Below are positions 49,624 to 59,684 of a stretch of DNA of 64,000 nucleotides, piece by piece. The stretch spans positions 1,760,001-1,824,000 of the forward strand of contig CBDAOB010000004.1 in the NCBI GenBank assembly GCA_965197905.1. The letters run 5' to 3'. The stretch is from Candidatus Latescibacterota bacterium (GTDB lineage Bacteria; Latescibacterota; UBA2968; UBA8231). Within the stretch, counting starts at the first letter, position 1. Each line of letters opens with the position of its first letter. The notes below the pieces were generated by a model. The model did not search any database, was not told the DNA's origin, and worked only from the letters and a program-made list of their open reading frames with translations. The position numbers and the translations under genes were made by a program.

Positions 49624-49653
49624 TTGACACCGGCTTCTGAGCTATGTTATATT
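49624..49653 (+). promoter_or_regulatory. Putative sigma70 promoter for the nuclease pair
   Basis: TTGACA-18 bp-TATATT with TGn extension in an AT-rich intergenic region. Confidence 0.5.
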
Positions 49654-49708
49654 TCCTTATTATTAACCACTTACGAAGTTTTAGCGGTATTGATTTTGAG
49701 GTGATTCC

Positions 49709-50320
49709 GTGGAAGTCATGGAAGAAATGGAAGTCAGCGGAGTCTATTCCAATACCCAGATACCCGCTCACCACCACGTCCTCCTCAAACAGAAAAAAGG
49801 CCCTTCCTTTCTGCGCATTGTGATCGGCGCTTTCGAGGCTGCCGCTATCTCGATGGCCCAGAATCGCAAGAACCCGAGCCGTCCGATCAGCTACGATTTG
49901 GCGCAGACCATTCTGAAAACCGTCGATGCCGAGATCGTCAAGGTGCAGATAACGACCTTGCACAAGCGCACCTACTTTGCCGAGGTGTATCTCCAGGACG
50001 AAGCGGGGGCTACCACCGTGCTCGATTCGCGACCTAGCGACGCCATCGCCCTGGCGTTGCGCCAGAGTGCACCCATCTTTGCCGAATCGGAGATCCTCGA
50101 GGAACCCGAGGAATTGGCCGCCAGGATCGGAGAGAACCCGGACGAAGAGACGACCGACTTGGAGGCGGAGGTGAGGATTGAGCCAATCTTGCCCCAACCC
50201 ACCAACGAGCTCGATCAGCTCAAGGAGCAGATGCGTCGGCTCATTGCTGAAGAGGCGTACGAGGAGGCGGCGCAGCTCCGAGATGAGATCAAGCGCATGG
50301 AAGAGGAATCCCCCAGTTGA
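49709..50320 (+). CDS. Bifunctional nuclease (DUF151) with UVR domain
   Basis: IGAFEAAAI, RPISYDL, DSRPSDAIALA, EEAYEEAAQLRD. Confidence 0.9.
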   Translation: MEVMEEMEVSGVYSNTQIPAHHHVLLKQKKGPSFLRIVIGAFEAAAISMAQNRKNPSRPISYDLAQTILKTVDAEIVKVQITTLHKRTYFAEVYLQDEAGATTVLDSRPSDAIALALRQSAPIFAESEILEEPEELAARIGENPDEETTDLEAEVRIEPILPQPTNELDQLKEQMRRLIAEEAYEEAAQLRDEIKRMEEESPS

Positions 50321-50354
50321 CCCCTTACCCGTCAACGGCAACGGACACTAGAGC

Positions 50355-51071
50355 ATGAGTGCTGCAGACCTGGTTGAGATGGAGGTAGTAAAGGTCAGTC
50401 CATATTTGCGCGAAGACCGACCGCTTTTGTGGCTCAGCGAACGCAAATCCGAGCATCCGCGCCTACTGCCGATCGCCATCGGCGAATTCGAAGCGGCCGC
50501 CATTCAAATGCAGCTGGATCAGGTGGAGCCAGAGCGACCTATCTCCTACGACCTTATCACGTCTATCGTTGACAACCTGGATGTAACCGTGCAACAGATC
50601 GTTATCCATTCGGTTCGCGATCAGATCTACTATGCGCAGGTAGCCATCGAGCGCGGTGAACTGCTGGAGAACATCGACTCGCGTCCCAGCGACGCGGTTG
50701 CGCTGGCGCTGCGCACGGGGAGCCCGATCTTCGTTTCGTTGGATTTACTCGAAACTGCGGGGTGGAAAGCCTCCGATGCGGATGTAGAGGTGGCGATCTC
50801 GCAGTTTGCCGCCCACGACGAGCAGCTTCTGGCGCCAACACAAGCGGTAGAAACCCAGGCTACCTACACCCTGGTCTCGCGAAAATCGGCCACTGAAGAT
50901 CAAAGCGCTGCAGTCAGGGAAGAAGCGACCGAGGCCGCTGGCAACGAGGAAGAGGACGCATTAGGTGAGCTCCACGCGCGTTTGGAGCAAGCCATCGTCC
51001 GGGAAGAGTACGAAGAGGCGGCGCGCATTCGAGACGAAATCGAAACTCTACAAAGCAACGCCAATAGCTAG
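50355..51071 (+). CDS. Bifunctional nuclease (DUF151) with UVR domain
   Basis: LPIAIGEFEAAAI, RPISYDL, DSRPSDAVALA, EEYEEAARIRDEI. Confidence 0.9.
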   Translation: MSAADLVEMEVVKVSPYLREDRPLLWLSERKSEHPRLLPIAIGEFEAAAIQMQLDQVEPERPISYDLITSIVDNLDVTVQQIVIHSVRDQIYYAQVAIERGELLENIDSRPSDAVALALRTGSPIFVSLDLLETAGWKASDADVEVAISQFAAHDEQLLAPTQAVETQATYTLVSRKSATEDQSAAVREEATEAAGNEEEDALGELHARLEQAIVREEYEEAARIRDEIETLQSNANS

Positions 51072-51104
51072 ATTATTAATAGCAATACAGCTTCATACGA
51101 GGAG

Positions 51105-51136
51105 TGGTGGTGGCCCGAGCCCCACCCTTTTTTTTG
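51105..51136 (+). terminator. Rho-independent terminator
   Basis: GGTGG(T)GGC-CCGA-GCCCCACC hairpin followed by T8. Confidence 0.65.
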
Positions 51137-51216
51137 TGTTGACAGCGTCGAACGTCGTTCCACGAGCCCGTTAAGGGCGAGCACGCCGGAACGGCGGTTA
51201 CAAAAGCGACTAGCGT

Positions 51217-51746
51217 CTAGTAGGAAACGGTTCGAATCTGTAGGTTCGAAGACCGGGCAAGATCGCGGAATCGGTCCGGATAACGGGGGCTTGGCGTGGG
51301 GTAGCTGTTGAGGGCCAGGTCGAAGTGCCGATCTCGAACAGCCTCCTTTTCGGCGATATCTGGTGGTTGATCGGGCCACAGCACAACCACGAGCGCCGTC
51401 GCGATGGCGAGACCTAGGGCTAGGGGACGAGCCCAGAACTGTGTTCGCTTCTGCGACGCAAACTGCAGGCAGTTGGCAAGCTGCAGCTTATAGGCGGCCC
51501 GCGGACTACACTCATTCAAGTCTCCAAGTGCGTTGCGAATCACTGTCAGTTCGGACAATACGCAGGCGCAGGACCGACACTCGTGGGTATGCCGGTCCAT
51601 GCGTTGCGAATCACTGTCAGTTCGGACAATACGCAGGCGCAGGACCGACACTCGTGGGTATGCCGGTCCATTTGCCGCGTCTGCAAATTGGTCAAACTGT
51701 GATCAACGTACTCAGAAACTGCTGCGCGAAACTCTTGACACCTCAA
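51217..51746 (-). pseudogene. zf-HC2 anti-sigma factor-like membrane protein disrupted by a 71-bp tandem duplication
   Basis: TTG start after AAGGAGGA; CQEF...SEYVD..L...HTHECRSC (HxxxCxxC), then a TM helix; removing one repeat unit restores one frame. Confidence 0.75.
51530..51671. repeat. Perfect 71-bp tandem duplication
   Basis: 51530-51600 is identical to 51601-51671. Confidence 0.95.
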
Positions 51747-52417
51747 TACGAAAAGCAGTCCTCCTTGCGGTTGGCGCACCTATGCAGGCGCCGGCCGTAA
51801 AACAGCACCGCGCCACTCTGCAGCAGAATTACCAGCAGCAGCAAGGCATGGGTGGTCAAGCAGAACAGTGCGGTGACGAGCCAAACAGCCAGCCAGCTGT
51901 TTCTGCTGGTCCTGGAAAATTCGAGAAAAGCGGCGACACAGGACATCGCGGCCGCCAACACCAGTGGGGCACTCGATACCGTAGTAGCCAGGCTGACAAA
52001 AAACGGCGATGTCGCAAGCAGGGTCATGGCGCCAGGGGCGGCGTGGGCGCCTCCCAGGCCGCGCATCACGGCGTGAATGATCGCCAGCGCCACCAATCCG
52101 GTAACCACCCCCAAGAGTCGCACCCATACCAGATCGTCATTGACAGAGGTCCACCCGTACAAGAGGACCACGAACAGCGGATCCACCGTAGCGGCGATGT
52201 CTACCCCAGGCTCCTGCGCCAATGCAATCCGTGCGGATTCGACCGTCGTTGGTGTGCCATGGTTTGCCGCGAAGGCGGCGGCCGCGGCGAATACGACCAG
52301 GAATGGGAGGAGAGGTTGAAATCTCGAGCGGACTGATTGCACGGCAGGCCCCAGGGGGTGGGCGGCAGAAAGGGGAACGTTGAGGAGAACATAATGGGGG
52401 TTCCTGTCTGCCGTCAA
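51743..52417 (-). CDS. Membrane protein resembling the N-terminal part of GT-C (PMT/ArnT-like) glycosyltransferases; start uncertain
   Basis: PLFVVLLYGW...WVRLLGV...LLATSPF pattern; multi-TM; short for the family. Confidence 0.5.
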   Translation of the reverse strand: MTADRNPHYVLLNVPLSAAHPLGPAVQSVRSRFQPLLPFLVVFAAAAAFAANHGTPTTVESARIALAQEPGVDIAATVDPLFVVLLYGWTSVNDDLVWVRLLGVVTGLVALAIIHAVMRGLGGAHAAPGAMTLLATSPFFVSLATTVSSAPLVLAAAMSCVAAFLEFSRTSRNSWLAVWLVTALFCLTTHALLLLVILLQSGAVLFYGRRLHRCANRKEDCFSY

Positions 52418-52504
52418 ACGACATTGACAACGCTCTTCGTTTTCGTGTATATACTAGTGATTGTTTGGGATAAGTGCCTTCGAAACAGCCATTTCCGAGT
52501 TTTC

Positions 52505-53860
52505 GTGCCGGTCTCACAAAAAACCTTCTGGACCTACGGTGTTCTGTCGCTTTCGCTGTTGTTGTCACCCGCGCCCGCCGTGGCCAAAGTCGTCTATCAC
52601 CTCAAGGTCCACACCGAAAGCGGCATGATCGATCCCGGGATCGCCGCGTTCGTCGAGCGCGTGGTGGGCGAGGTCGATTCCGCCGAATCTGCAGCGATCG
52701 TCTTCGACATCGACACCTTTGGCGGCCGCGTCGATGCCGCAACGGTCATCCGCGACGCCATTCTCGACACCGACCTGTTGACCATCGCGTTTGTCAACAA
52801 GCGAGCCATCTCCGCCGGCGCTCTCATATCATTGGCCTGCGACAAGATCGTCATGACCCAGGCCTCGACCATCGGTGCCACCACGCCGGTAGACATGGGT
52901 GGGGAAAAGGCCAGCGACAAGGTGACCTCCTACATGCGGGCGGAGATGCGCGCCACCGCCGAACGGACCGGTCGCGATCCGAAAATCGCCGAAGCGATGG
53001 TGGACGAACGGGTGGACATCCCCGGGTTGAGCGCCGAGGCCGGTCGCCCGGCCACCTTGACCACCGAACAGGCGCTGCATTACCAGATTGCCGACGAGAC
53101 GGCGGAAACCCTGTACGAGGTGTTGCAGATCTACGATCTGGCCGACGCCGAGATCGTCGAGGTCGAGCTAACCTGGGCCGAACATGTGGTCCGCTTGCTG
53201 ACCCACCCGATTGTTACATCGTTGTTGCTGGCCGTGGCCATGTTCGGCCTGATCGCCGAGGTGCGGACACCCGGTTGGGGCCTGGGAGGCAGCCTGGCCC
53301 TCATCGCGCTGACGCTTTTCTTCGGCAGCAATCTCCTGGTACGTCTGGCGGAGTGGTGGGAACTGTTGCTGTTTGGTGTAGGGTTCGGGTTGTTGCTGAT
53401 CGAGGTGGTAGCCGTACCCGGCTTTGGCGTCGTTGGGGTCTCCGGCATCGCGTTCATGGGTGCCAGCATCGTTTTGACCCAGCTGCCGGGCGTAGAGTTC
53501 GAGTGGTGGAGCGTGGAGGAGGTATCCGATGTCGTGGGCCGCATGGCGCTCTCGATGATCGCTGCCGTGGTTTTGTCGCTCGTATTTCTACGCGCGCTGC
53601 CGAAGTTTGCCGCCTTCAATCGCCTCATTCTCAAGAGTGAGACCCGCGCTTCGGAGGGTTACGTCTCGGCTTCCACCGAAGAGGACGAACAGCTCGTCGA
53701 CCAGGAGGGGATCACCCTGACGGATCTGCGTCCCGTCGGCATCGGCCTGTTCGGCGGCCGGCGGATCAACATTACCGCCGAAGGGGAGTTCATCGAACAG
53801 CAGCGCCCCGTAAGGATCGTCGAAGCGCACGGTAGCCGGATCGTGGTGAGGACTCTTTGA
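52505..53860 (+). CDS. NfeD (long form) ClpP-class membrane protease, YqeZ-like
   Basis: DIDTFGGRVD, AISAGALI, IAEAMVD, PGFGVVG, TDLRPVG, AEGEFI. Confidence 0.88.
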   Translation: MPVSQKTFWTYGVLSLSLLLSPAPAVAKVVYHLKVHTESGMIDPGIAAFVERVVGEVDSAESAAIVFDIDTFGGRVDAATVIRDAILDTDLLTIAFVNKRAISAGALISLACDKIVMTQASTIGATTPVDMGGEKASDKVTSYMRAEMRATAERTGRDPKIAEAMVDERVDIPGLSAEAGRPATLTTEQALHYQIADETAETLYEVLQIYDLADAEIVEVELTWAEHVVRLLTHPIVTSLLLAVAMFGLIAEVRTPGWGLGGSLALIALTLFFGSNLLVRLAEWWELLLFGVGFGLLLIEVVAVPGFGVVGVSGIAFMGASIVLTQLPGVEFEWWSVEEVSDVVGRMALSMIAAVVLSLVFLRALPKFAAFNRLILKSETRASEGYVSASTEEDEQLVDQEGITLTDLRPVGIGLFGGRRINITAEGEFIEQQRPVRIVEAHGSRIVVRTL

Positions 53861-54369
53861 CTCCCGACGCATGGGCGCCGCTGATCTATTCGCTGCTTTT
53901 GCTGATCCTCGGTTTTGGCTTGATCCTTCTTGAGATCTTCGTTATTCCCGGCATCAATATCTTTGGTATCGTCGGATTTCTCACCATGAGTGCCGGCGTG
54001 TGGTACGCCTACGCCAAGCTCGGGACCGGATCGGCCGCGGCGGTCGCCGTGCTCGGATTGGGAGGAACCTTCGTTCTCGTCCGTTTGCTCATACGGGTTC
54101 GGGCCTGGCACCGGATCGTGCTTGATACCGATACTGGAAAGAATCGGGGATACGATTCCTCTGCCCCGGGGCTGGAGGATCTCAACGGCCTGTCGGGAGA
54201 AGCGCTGACACCCCTGCGTCCGGCGGGTCGCGCCAAGATTGGGGAGCGTATCATTGACGTGGTAACCGAAGGTGATTTCGTTTCCACCGGAGAGCCGATC
54301 GAGGTGGTCGAGATCGGCGGCAACCGCGTGGTCGTGCAAAAAGCGGCCAACAAAGGAGAACTAGGGTGA
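53857..54369 (+). CDS. NfeD (short form) family protein
   Basis: [25 protein letters not shown]. Confidence 0.85.
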   Translation: MTPDAWAPLIYSLLLLILGFGLILLEIFVIPGINIFGIVGFLTMSAGVWYAYAKLGTGSAAAVAVLGLGGTFVLVRLLIRVRAWHRIVLDTDTGKNRGYDSSAPGLEDLNGLSGEALTPLRPAGRAKIGERIIDVVTEGDFVSTGEPIEVVEIGGNRVVVQKAANKGELG

Positions 54370-55355
54370 CGCAAATCCTTTTCCTGCTGTTGATACTGTT
54401 GGGCATCGTCGTTTTCCTGGCCCTGTTCACCTACTTCGTACCCATCGGGCTCTGGATTACCGCCTTTTTCGCCGGGGTGCGCGTGAGCATCTTCAAGGAT
54501 CTCGTCGGTATGCGCCTGCGGAAGGTCCCCCCGGCCGCCATCGTGCGACCCAAGATCAGCATCACCAAGGCGGGTCTCGACGTGGACCTGGACCGGATGG
54601 AGGCGCATTTTCTCGCCGGCGGCAACGTCGAAGCCGTCATTTTCGCCCTCATTTCTGCAGACAAAGCGAATATCCCGCTGACCTTTGAACGGGCGGCGAG
54701 CATTGATCTGGCCGGGCGCGACGTACTGGAGGCGGTGCGTGTCAGCGTCAATCCGAAAGTGATCAACACGCCGCTGATCGCCGCTGTGGCTAAAGACGGT
54801 ATCCAGCTCAAAGCCACCTCCCGGGTCACCGTGCGAGCCAACATCGACCGTCTGGTGGGTGGCGCCGGTGAGGAAACGATAATCGCCCGGGTTGGTGAAG
54901 GCATCGTAACCACCATCGGTTCGGCAGACACCCACAAGGCGGTGCTGGAGAATCCCGACAGCATCTCCCAGCGGGTGCTCGACAAGGGACTCGACTCAGG
55001 CACGGCTTTTGAGATCCTCTCCATCGACATTGCCGACGTCGACGTGGGCGAGAATATCGGCGCCAAGCTACAAACCGATCAGGCCGAAGCGGATCTCAAG
55101 ATCGCCCAGGCCAAGGCGGAAGAGCGACGCGCCATGGCCCAGGCACGGGAGCAGGAGATGCGCGCGCTAGTGGAGGAGATGAGCGCCCGCGTGAAAGAGG
55201 CGGAAGCCGAGGTCCCGCTCGCCATCGCCGAGTCATTTCGTACCGGCAGCCTGGGCATCATGGATTATTACCGCATGCGCAACATCCAAGCCGATACCGA
55301 CATGCGTACATCCATTTCCCAAACCGACCCCGAAGACCAGAACCCAAATCAGTGA
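54366..55355 (+). CDS. floA: Flotillin-like protein FloA (YqfA)
   Basis: [47 protein letters not shown]. Confidence 0.93.
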   Translation: MTQILFLLLILLGIVVFLALFTYFVPIGLWITAFFAGVRVSIFKDLVGMRLRKVPPAAIVRPKISITKAGLDVDLDRMEAHFLAGGNVEAVIFALISADKANIPLTFERAASIDLAGRDVLEAVRVSVNPKVINTPLIAAVAKDGIQLKATSRVTVRANIDRLVGGAGEETIIARVGEGIVTTIGSADTHKAVLENPDSISQRVLDKGLDSGTAFEILSIDIADVDVGENIGAKLQTDQAEADLKIAQAKAEERRAMAQAREQEMRALVEEMSARVKEAEAEVPLAIAESFRTGSLGIMDYYRMRNIQADTDMRTSISQTDPEDQNPNQ

Positions 55356-55375
55356 TTAAGTTGCAGACAAACTAG

Positions 55376-55852
55376 ATGGAACAGCTACTATTTCTGCTTT
55401 TTGTGTTATTCAGCGTCGGTTCGGCGCTGCTGGAACGGCGGAAGCGCAAGTTAGCCAGACAGCGCGAAGAGGAGGCCGCCCAAAGGGGTGAACAGGCCGT
55501 AGATTCGGAGGAAGAAGATCAGACTTGGTCCTTCCCGACTACGGATCCATTTGAATTGGAGCCGCCGCCGGGGCGCATCTCGACGGAAGAATTGGAGCGC
55601 CAGGCTTTGGAGGCCGCGCAGCACACGCAGGAGATGGAAGAGCGGGCGCGGCAATTGGAACGACAGGCTCTGGAGGTAGCGCCGCGCCGCCGGGTCGAGG
55701 AACTGGTCCGAGAGTCGCTGCAGCACAAACAAACACGGCGGGCTCCGGGTCGCTCGAAGGGTTGGACCATCTCGGCCGCAGAGGCGCGTCGTGGGATCAT
55801 CTACGCCGAGATTCTCGGCAAACCGAAAGCTATGCGCCGGGAGGGCGACTGA
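55376..55852 (+). CDS. Hypothetical protein (YqfB-like) downstream of floA
   Basis: N-terminal TM and C-terminal RRGIIYAEILGKPKA motif. Confidence 0.7.
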   Translation: MEQLLFLLFVLFSVGSALLERRKRKLARQREEEAAQRGEQAVDSEEEDQTWSFPTTDPFELEPPPGRISTEELERQALEAAQHTQEMEERARQLERQALEVAPRRRVEELVRESLQHKQTRRAPGRSKGWTISAAEARRGIIYAEILGKPKAMRREGD

Positions 55853-55953
55853 GTCGGAAGGGACCTGCCCGAGTTGGGGAAGGCGGTCTAACGAACCGCT
55901 GCTTTACAGTGCCGGAGGCCGCCTGTATTTTACCGCTGGTTTTTCGAACCATC

Positions 55954-56040
55954 GCCGAAGTGGCGGAACTGGTAGACGCGCTGGATTCAAAATCCAGTGG
56001 GGGCAACTCCGTGTGGGTTCGAGTCCCACCTTCGGCACCA
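55954..56040 (+). tRNA. tRNA-Leu (CAA)
   Basis: 87-nt class II cloverleaf; CTGGA-TTCAAAA-TCCAG anticodon arm; encoded CCA. Confidence 0.96.
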
Positions 56041-56053
56041 TTGGTAGAAACAG

Positions 56054-56090
56054 AGGACGTGCGCCGAGCAAACACGGCGTCGTCCTTTTG
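56054..56090 (+). terminator. Probable terminator after tRNA-Leu
   Basis: AGGACG..CGCCG-loop-CGGCG.CGTCCT followed by TTT. Confidence 0.5.
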
Positions 56091-56201
56091 TCATTTCAGG
56101 ATTGGTTGGCGTGGGCGTCGCGCCCCTGCATCCATTTGACGATGAAATCAATGGGATCGACGTGAGCCACCTGCAGGATCGGATCTGACAAGGTCAGCAC
56201 G

Positions 56202-58499
56202 GTGGCATCATGCCTACGACGGCGGGAGGGACCTCTAACGAGGCCAGCGAACTTCCGCGTGTGCGGTCACGAAGAGCGCTCAAACCGAATCGCCTTGCTC
56301 CTGGCGGTCGTCATCTTCTGCGGGACCCCGTGTTGGAGCCAGATGATGACCGGCATCGTAACCGACACGGCAGGCGCCCCGGTTCGCGGAGCCCGGGTGG
56401 TCTTTGAGGAAGTTCCAGGGGGCGATCGATTCCTTTCGATCACCGGAGAGCAGGGCGCCTTCGCGACGAATCTCGCCTTGTCACCCACCGTGATCGCCAC
56501 CAACGCGGAAGCCCGTCCATCGTCCGTCGCGCTTTACCAGAATCATCCAAATCCGTTCAATCCCGCCACCGTCATTGGTTTTTCACTCTCGCACGCGACT
56601 GCCACGCAGCTGGCCGTCTACAACATTCTCGGCCAACGGGTAAAAATTCTCGTCGACGACTGGCTGGCGCCGGGATTCTATGAGGCGACTTGGGACGGGA
56701 CGAACCAGATTGGCGCAGGAGTGGCGGCCGGTGTCTATCTTTATCGTCTGGCGACGCCAACCTACGAAACATCTCGAAAAATGCTACTGCTGGATGGCAC
56801 CGCCGCCGCCACCGGCGGCCGTGTGCAGGCGACAAAGCAGCTGCCGGCAGCGCGACGAGCACAGCAGCGGGTTTTCCAGGTCAGAGTGACCAGTGCTCGG
56901 ATCGAACCCCACACAGTGGACCCCTTCGTAGTGGAGGACGATACAGCTCTGGAGATTGAGGTGGAGCGTCGTGGAAGGCAGCTGGTGGTGGAAGATATGG
57001 ACGGCGACGGGCAATCAGACCTCCTCACCCTGCTGGATGGGGACGAAGCGCTGGAAACACACGTTCAGGATCTCGACCTGAACCATCAATTGGACAGTTT
57101 TGTGTTTGTTCGCGAGCAGGTCGCTGCCTCGGGGGCGCTCGTAACCAGCGAGACCCGGATTGCGGAAACAACCGACAGCGTATGGGTCAGGTCGAGTTTT
57201 ACGATCGAAGCCACCGGCATGGGACCCTCGGTGCTGAGCTTTCGCCTGCAGCCGAAAGAAAGTGTCCTCAGCAGTCTGGATCTTGAGGACCCGGAGCGAG
57301 TCATCCGAGAGGCGTCCAGTCTCGTACCTAGTATCGTGGCCGCCGACAACGGGTGGTTGCAGCTGCAAATTCCGAACGTCTTGGCGCCGGACGCGCACCA
57401 GATCGATTACTTCGGCGGGCCGCAGATCACCGTTCTCGAAGCGGATTCCGTGATCCAATGGTCTTTCCGCGACGAGGCTCGCCGCGATGTGGAGTATGCG
57501 GTGGCGGCGTTGGAAGGGACCGCATCAGGTCCAGAACCACCCATTACCTTCCAGATCGAGAGCAGCTTCCCCCTCAGCCGGGACCATCTCCAGGTGCATG
57601 CAGTGTCTCCCGAGGTGGGGGTGGTTGAACTGCAGCCGCTCCTGGAAGTCCAACGCCAACGACGTCTAAACGGAAGGGCGGTATGGGAGCACATGGTAGC
57701 GGTTAACTGGCAGCCCCCCAATAAGGGACTCTACCGTCTGATCCTGCGGATCGAGAAGGAGGGGGTGGTGGTGTCCGAAAGCCTGATATGGCATCTACAG
57801 ACCCGACGACCGCCGCTGGAACTGAACCTGATTGGTGGAGCGCGGCACCTGATGGTGCACGTGGCGAGTGGTCCGTTTACCATGGGCTCCGACCGAGGAT
57901 TCGCCAACGAGCGACCCCAGCACCGCGTGGAGCTAGAAGGGTTCTATCTCGACCGCACTGAAGTTACGAACAAGCAGTGGAACGCTTATGCTGCTTTTCT
58001 GGGCATTTCACTGAAGCAGGGGCTTGACGACCACCCTGTCGTAGACGTCAGCTGGTCTGAAGCCGCCGAGTACTGTCGCTGGGCGGGATTGCGATTGCCG
58101 ACGGAGGCGGAGTGGGAAAAAGGAGCCCGTGGGGTCGAAGCCCGGACCTACCCGTGGGGGGAGTCGATCAGCGGCAGGCAGGCCAATTATGTTGACAGCG
58201 GCGATCCCTTCGACAACAGTACCACGCCCGTGGGACTCTTCCCCGACGGGAGTTCCCCTTCTGGAGCCCTGGACATGGCAGGGAACGTGTGGGAGTGGGT
58301 GGCGGATTGGTTCGACGAAAGGTATTACGCCTCCAGTCCGGCACGCAATCCACCAGGCCCTTCCAGTGGGCCGGGAAGGGTGCTTCGGGGGGGATCGTGG
58401 ATAAACCTTCCGCTGAGTTTGCGGACCACCCATCGCGGCGGCCGGGAGCCGATGGATCGCACTGACTTCATCGGATTTCGCTGCGCCCGCGATGAATAG
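56202..58499 (+). CDS. Secreted SUMF1/FGE-sulfatase domain protein with internal FlgD-Ig-type domain (start uncertain)
   Basis: QNHPNPFNPAT..WDG..GVYLYRL near the N-terminus; C-terminal FTMGS, EVTN, RLPTEAEWEK, DMAGNVWEW, RGGSW, GFRCA. Confidence 0.85.
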   Translation: MASCLRRREGPLTRPANFRVCGHEERSNRIALLLAVVIFCGTPCWSQMMTGIVTDTAGAPVRGARVVFEEVPGGDRFLSITGEQGAFATNLALSPTVIATNAEARPSSVALYQNHPNPFNPATVIGFSLSHATATQLAVYNILGQRVKILVDDWLAPGFYEATWDGTNQIGAGVAAGVYLYRLATPTYETSRKMLLLDGTAAATGGRVQATKQLPAARRAQQRVFQVRVTSARIEPHTVDPFVVEDDTALEIEVERRGRQLVVEDMDGDGQSDLLTLLDGDEALETHVQDLDLNHQLDSFVFVREQVAASGALVTSETRIAETTDSVWVRSSFTIEATGMGPSVLSFRLQPKESVLSSLDLEDPERVIREASSLVPSIVAADNGWLQLQIPNVLAPDAHQIDYFGGPQITVLEADSVIQWSFRDEARRDVEYAVAALEGTASGPEPPITFQIESSFPLSRDHLQVHAVSPEVGVVELQPLLEVQRQRRLNGRAVWEHMVAVNWQPPNKGLYRLILRIEKEGVVVSESLIWHLQTRRPPLELNLIGGARHLMVHVASGPFTMGSDRGFANERPQHRVELEGFYLDRTEVTNKQWNAYAAFLGISLKQGLDDHPVVDVSWSEAAEYCRWAGLRLPTEAEWEKGARGVEARTYPWGESISGRQANYVDSGDPFDNSTTPVGLFPDGSSPSGALDMAGNVWEWVADWFDERYYASSPARNPPGPSSGPGRVLRGGSWINLPLSLRTTHRGGREPMDRTDFIGFRCARDE

Positions 58500-58729
58500 G
58501 CGCGGCCTTCAACCGCGAAAAATTCCGACCTAAAACTGGCAATCCCTTGAACCGGTTGTGGTTACCCGAATCCCTGACACCCACGCCCCATATATCACCA
58601 ACTTTTTGTTGCTATGGGCGTATCAGCGCCGTATCATAACATTGATCTATTCACACCGAGTCGCGACCCATTCCGACCGTCAGGGCCGCCGTTTCGGCAC
58701 GTTCCTCAAAACCAAAGAATAGGGGCTAT

Positions 58730-59581
58730 ATGCAAGATAGCTTGGGTGATAGGGAAAGCACGTTGCGGCTCTATTTCGACGACATTGCCGATTCCAGACC
58801 GCTCTCGCGCGAGCGCGAGGTGGAGTTGTCGGCCCGAATACAGGACGGCGACATGCAGGCTCGGGATGAATTGGTCCAGGCAAATCTTCGTTTCGTGATA
58901 GACGTTGCCAAGAACTACCAGAATCGAGGGTTGCCGCTGGCGGATCTGATCAGTGCTGGAAATGTCGGACTGCTGACCGCCGCCGACCGCTTTGACGGCA
59001 CCAAAGGGTACAAATTCATCTCCTACGCGGTCTGGTGGATCAAACAGTCCATTCTGCAAACGATCGCCGAACATGCGCGTACCGTGCGACTGCCGATGAA
59101 CAAGGTGAGCTTGCTCAAAGACATCTCCAAGACCTCTCGCCGCCTTGGTCAGGGCCGCGAAGCCGAACCCCGCATCGAAGAAATTGCCGCGGAGCTGGAG
59201 GTGCCCGCTGAGGAAGTGCTAGAAACCATGTTGAGCGCGCGCGCCGTGCGCTCGCTGGACGAATCCTTCGAAGAGGATGATGAGCGCAATCTGTTGAACA
59301 TCTTGGCCGATACTACCCAAGACAATCCTGACGCGGACGTGTTGTGTGAGTCCGCCAAAGATCAGTTGGAGAGCGTGCTCAACAGTCTGGATGAACGAGA
59401 GCTGCGCATTATCAGGCTCTATTTCGGGTTGGACGGTCACGAAGCTTTGACCCTGGAACAGATCGGCGATCTCATGGGTGTCACCCGTGAGCGCGTGCGT
59501 CAGATCAAGGAACGAGCGCTCAGTCGGCTCCGCCATCCTTCGCGGCATCAGTTCCTGCGCGCGCTTACAGAAGACGTATAA
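58730..59581 (+). CDS. RNA polymerase sigma70 factor, RpoD/SigA-like without region 1.1
   Basis: ANLRFVI, DLISAGNVGL, KFISYAVWWI, TRERVRQI. Confidence 0.93.
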   Translation: MQDSLGDRESTLRLYFDDIADSRPLSREREVELSARIQDGDMQARDELVQANLRFVIDVAKNYQNRGLPLADLISAGNVGLLTAADRFDGTKGYKFISYAVWWIKQSILQTIAEHARTVRLPMNKVSLLKDISKTSRRLGQGREAEPRIEEIAAELEVPAEEVLETMLSARAVRSLDESFEEDDERNLLNILADTTQDNPDADVLCESAKDQLESVLNSLDERELRIIRLYFGLDGHEALTLEQIGDLMGVTRERVRQIKERALSRLRHPSRHQFLRALTEDV

Positions 59582-59626
59582 TCGAGGACTCGGCTCCGCC
59601 ACGGACACTTCAATCTGTCTCTATCG

Positions 59627-59661
59627 AAACGGCACTGCGGTTGCGACCGCGGTGCCGTTTT
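59627..59661 (+). terminator. Strong hairpin, probable terminator
   Basis: AAACGGCACTGCGGT-TGCG-ACCGCGGTGCCGTTT followed by T. Confidence 0.7.
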
Positions 59662-59684
59662 CCTTCTAACCCGCTGACAATATC

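Noticed and set aside
51530..51671. Repeat as a CRISPR array
   Set aside because: Two directly abutting 71-bp units, no spacers, no cas genes
55954..58499. Island integrated at tRNA-Leu
   Set aside because: No duplicated tRNA 3' end or integrase seen downstream within the window
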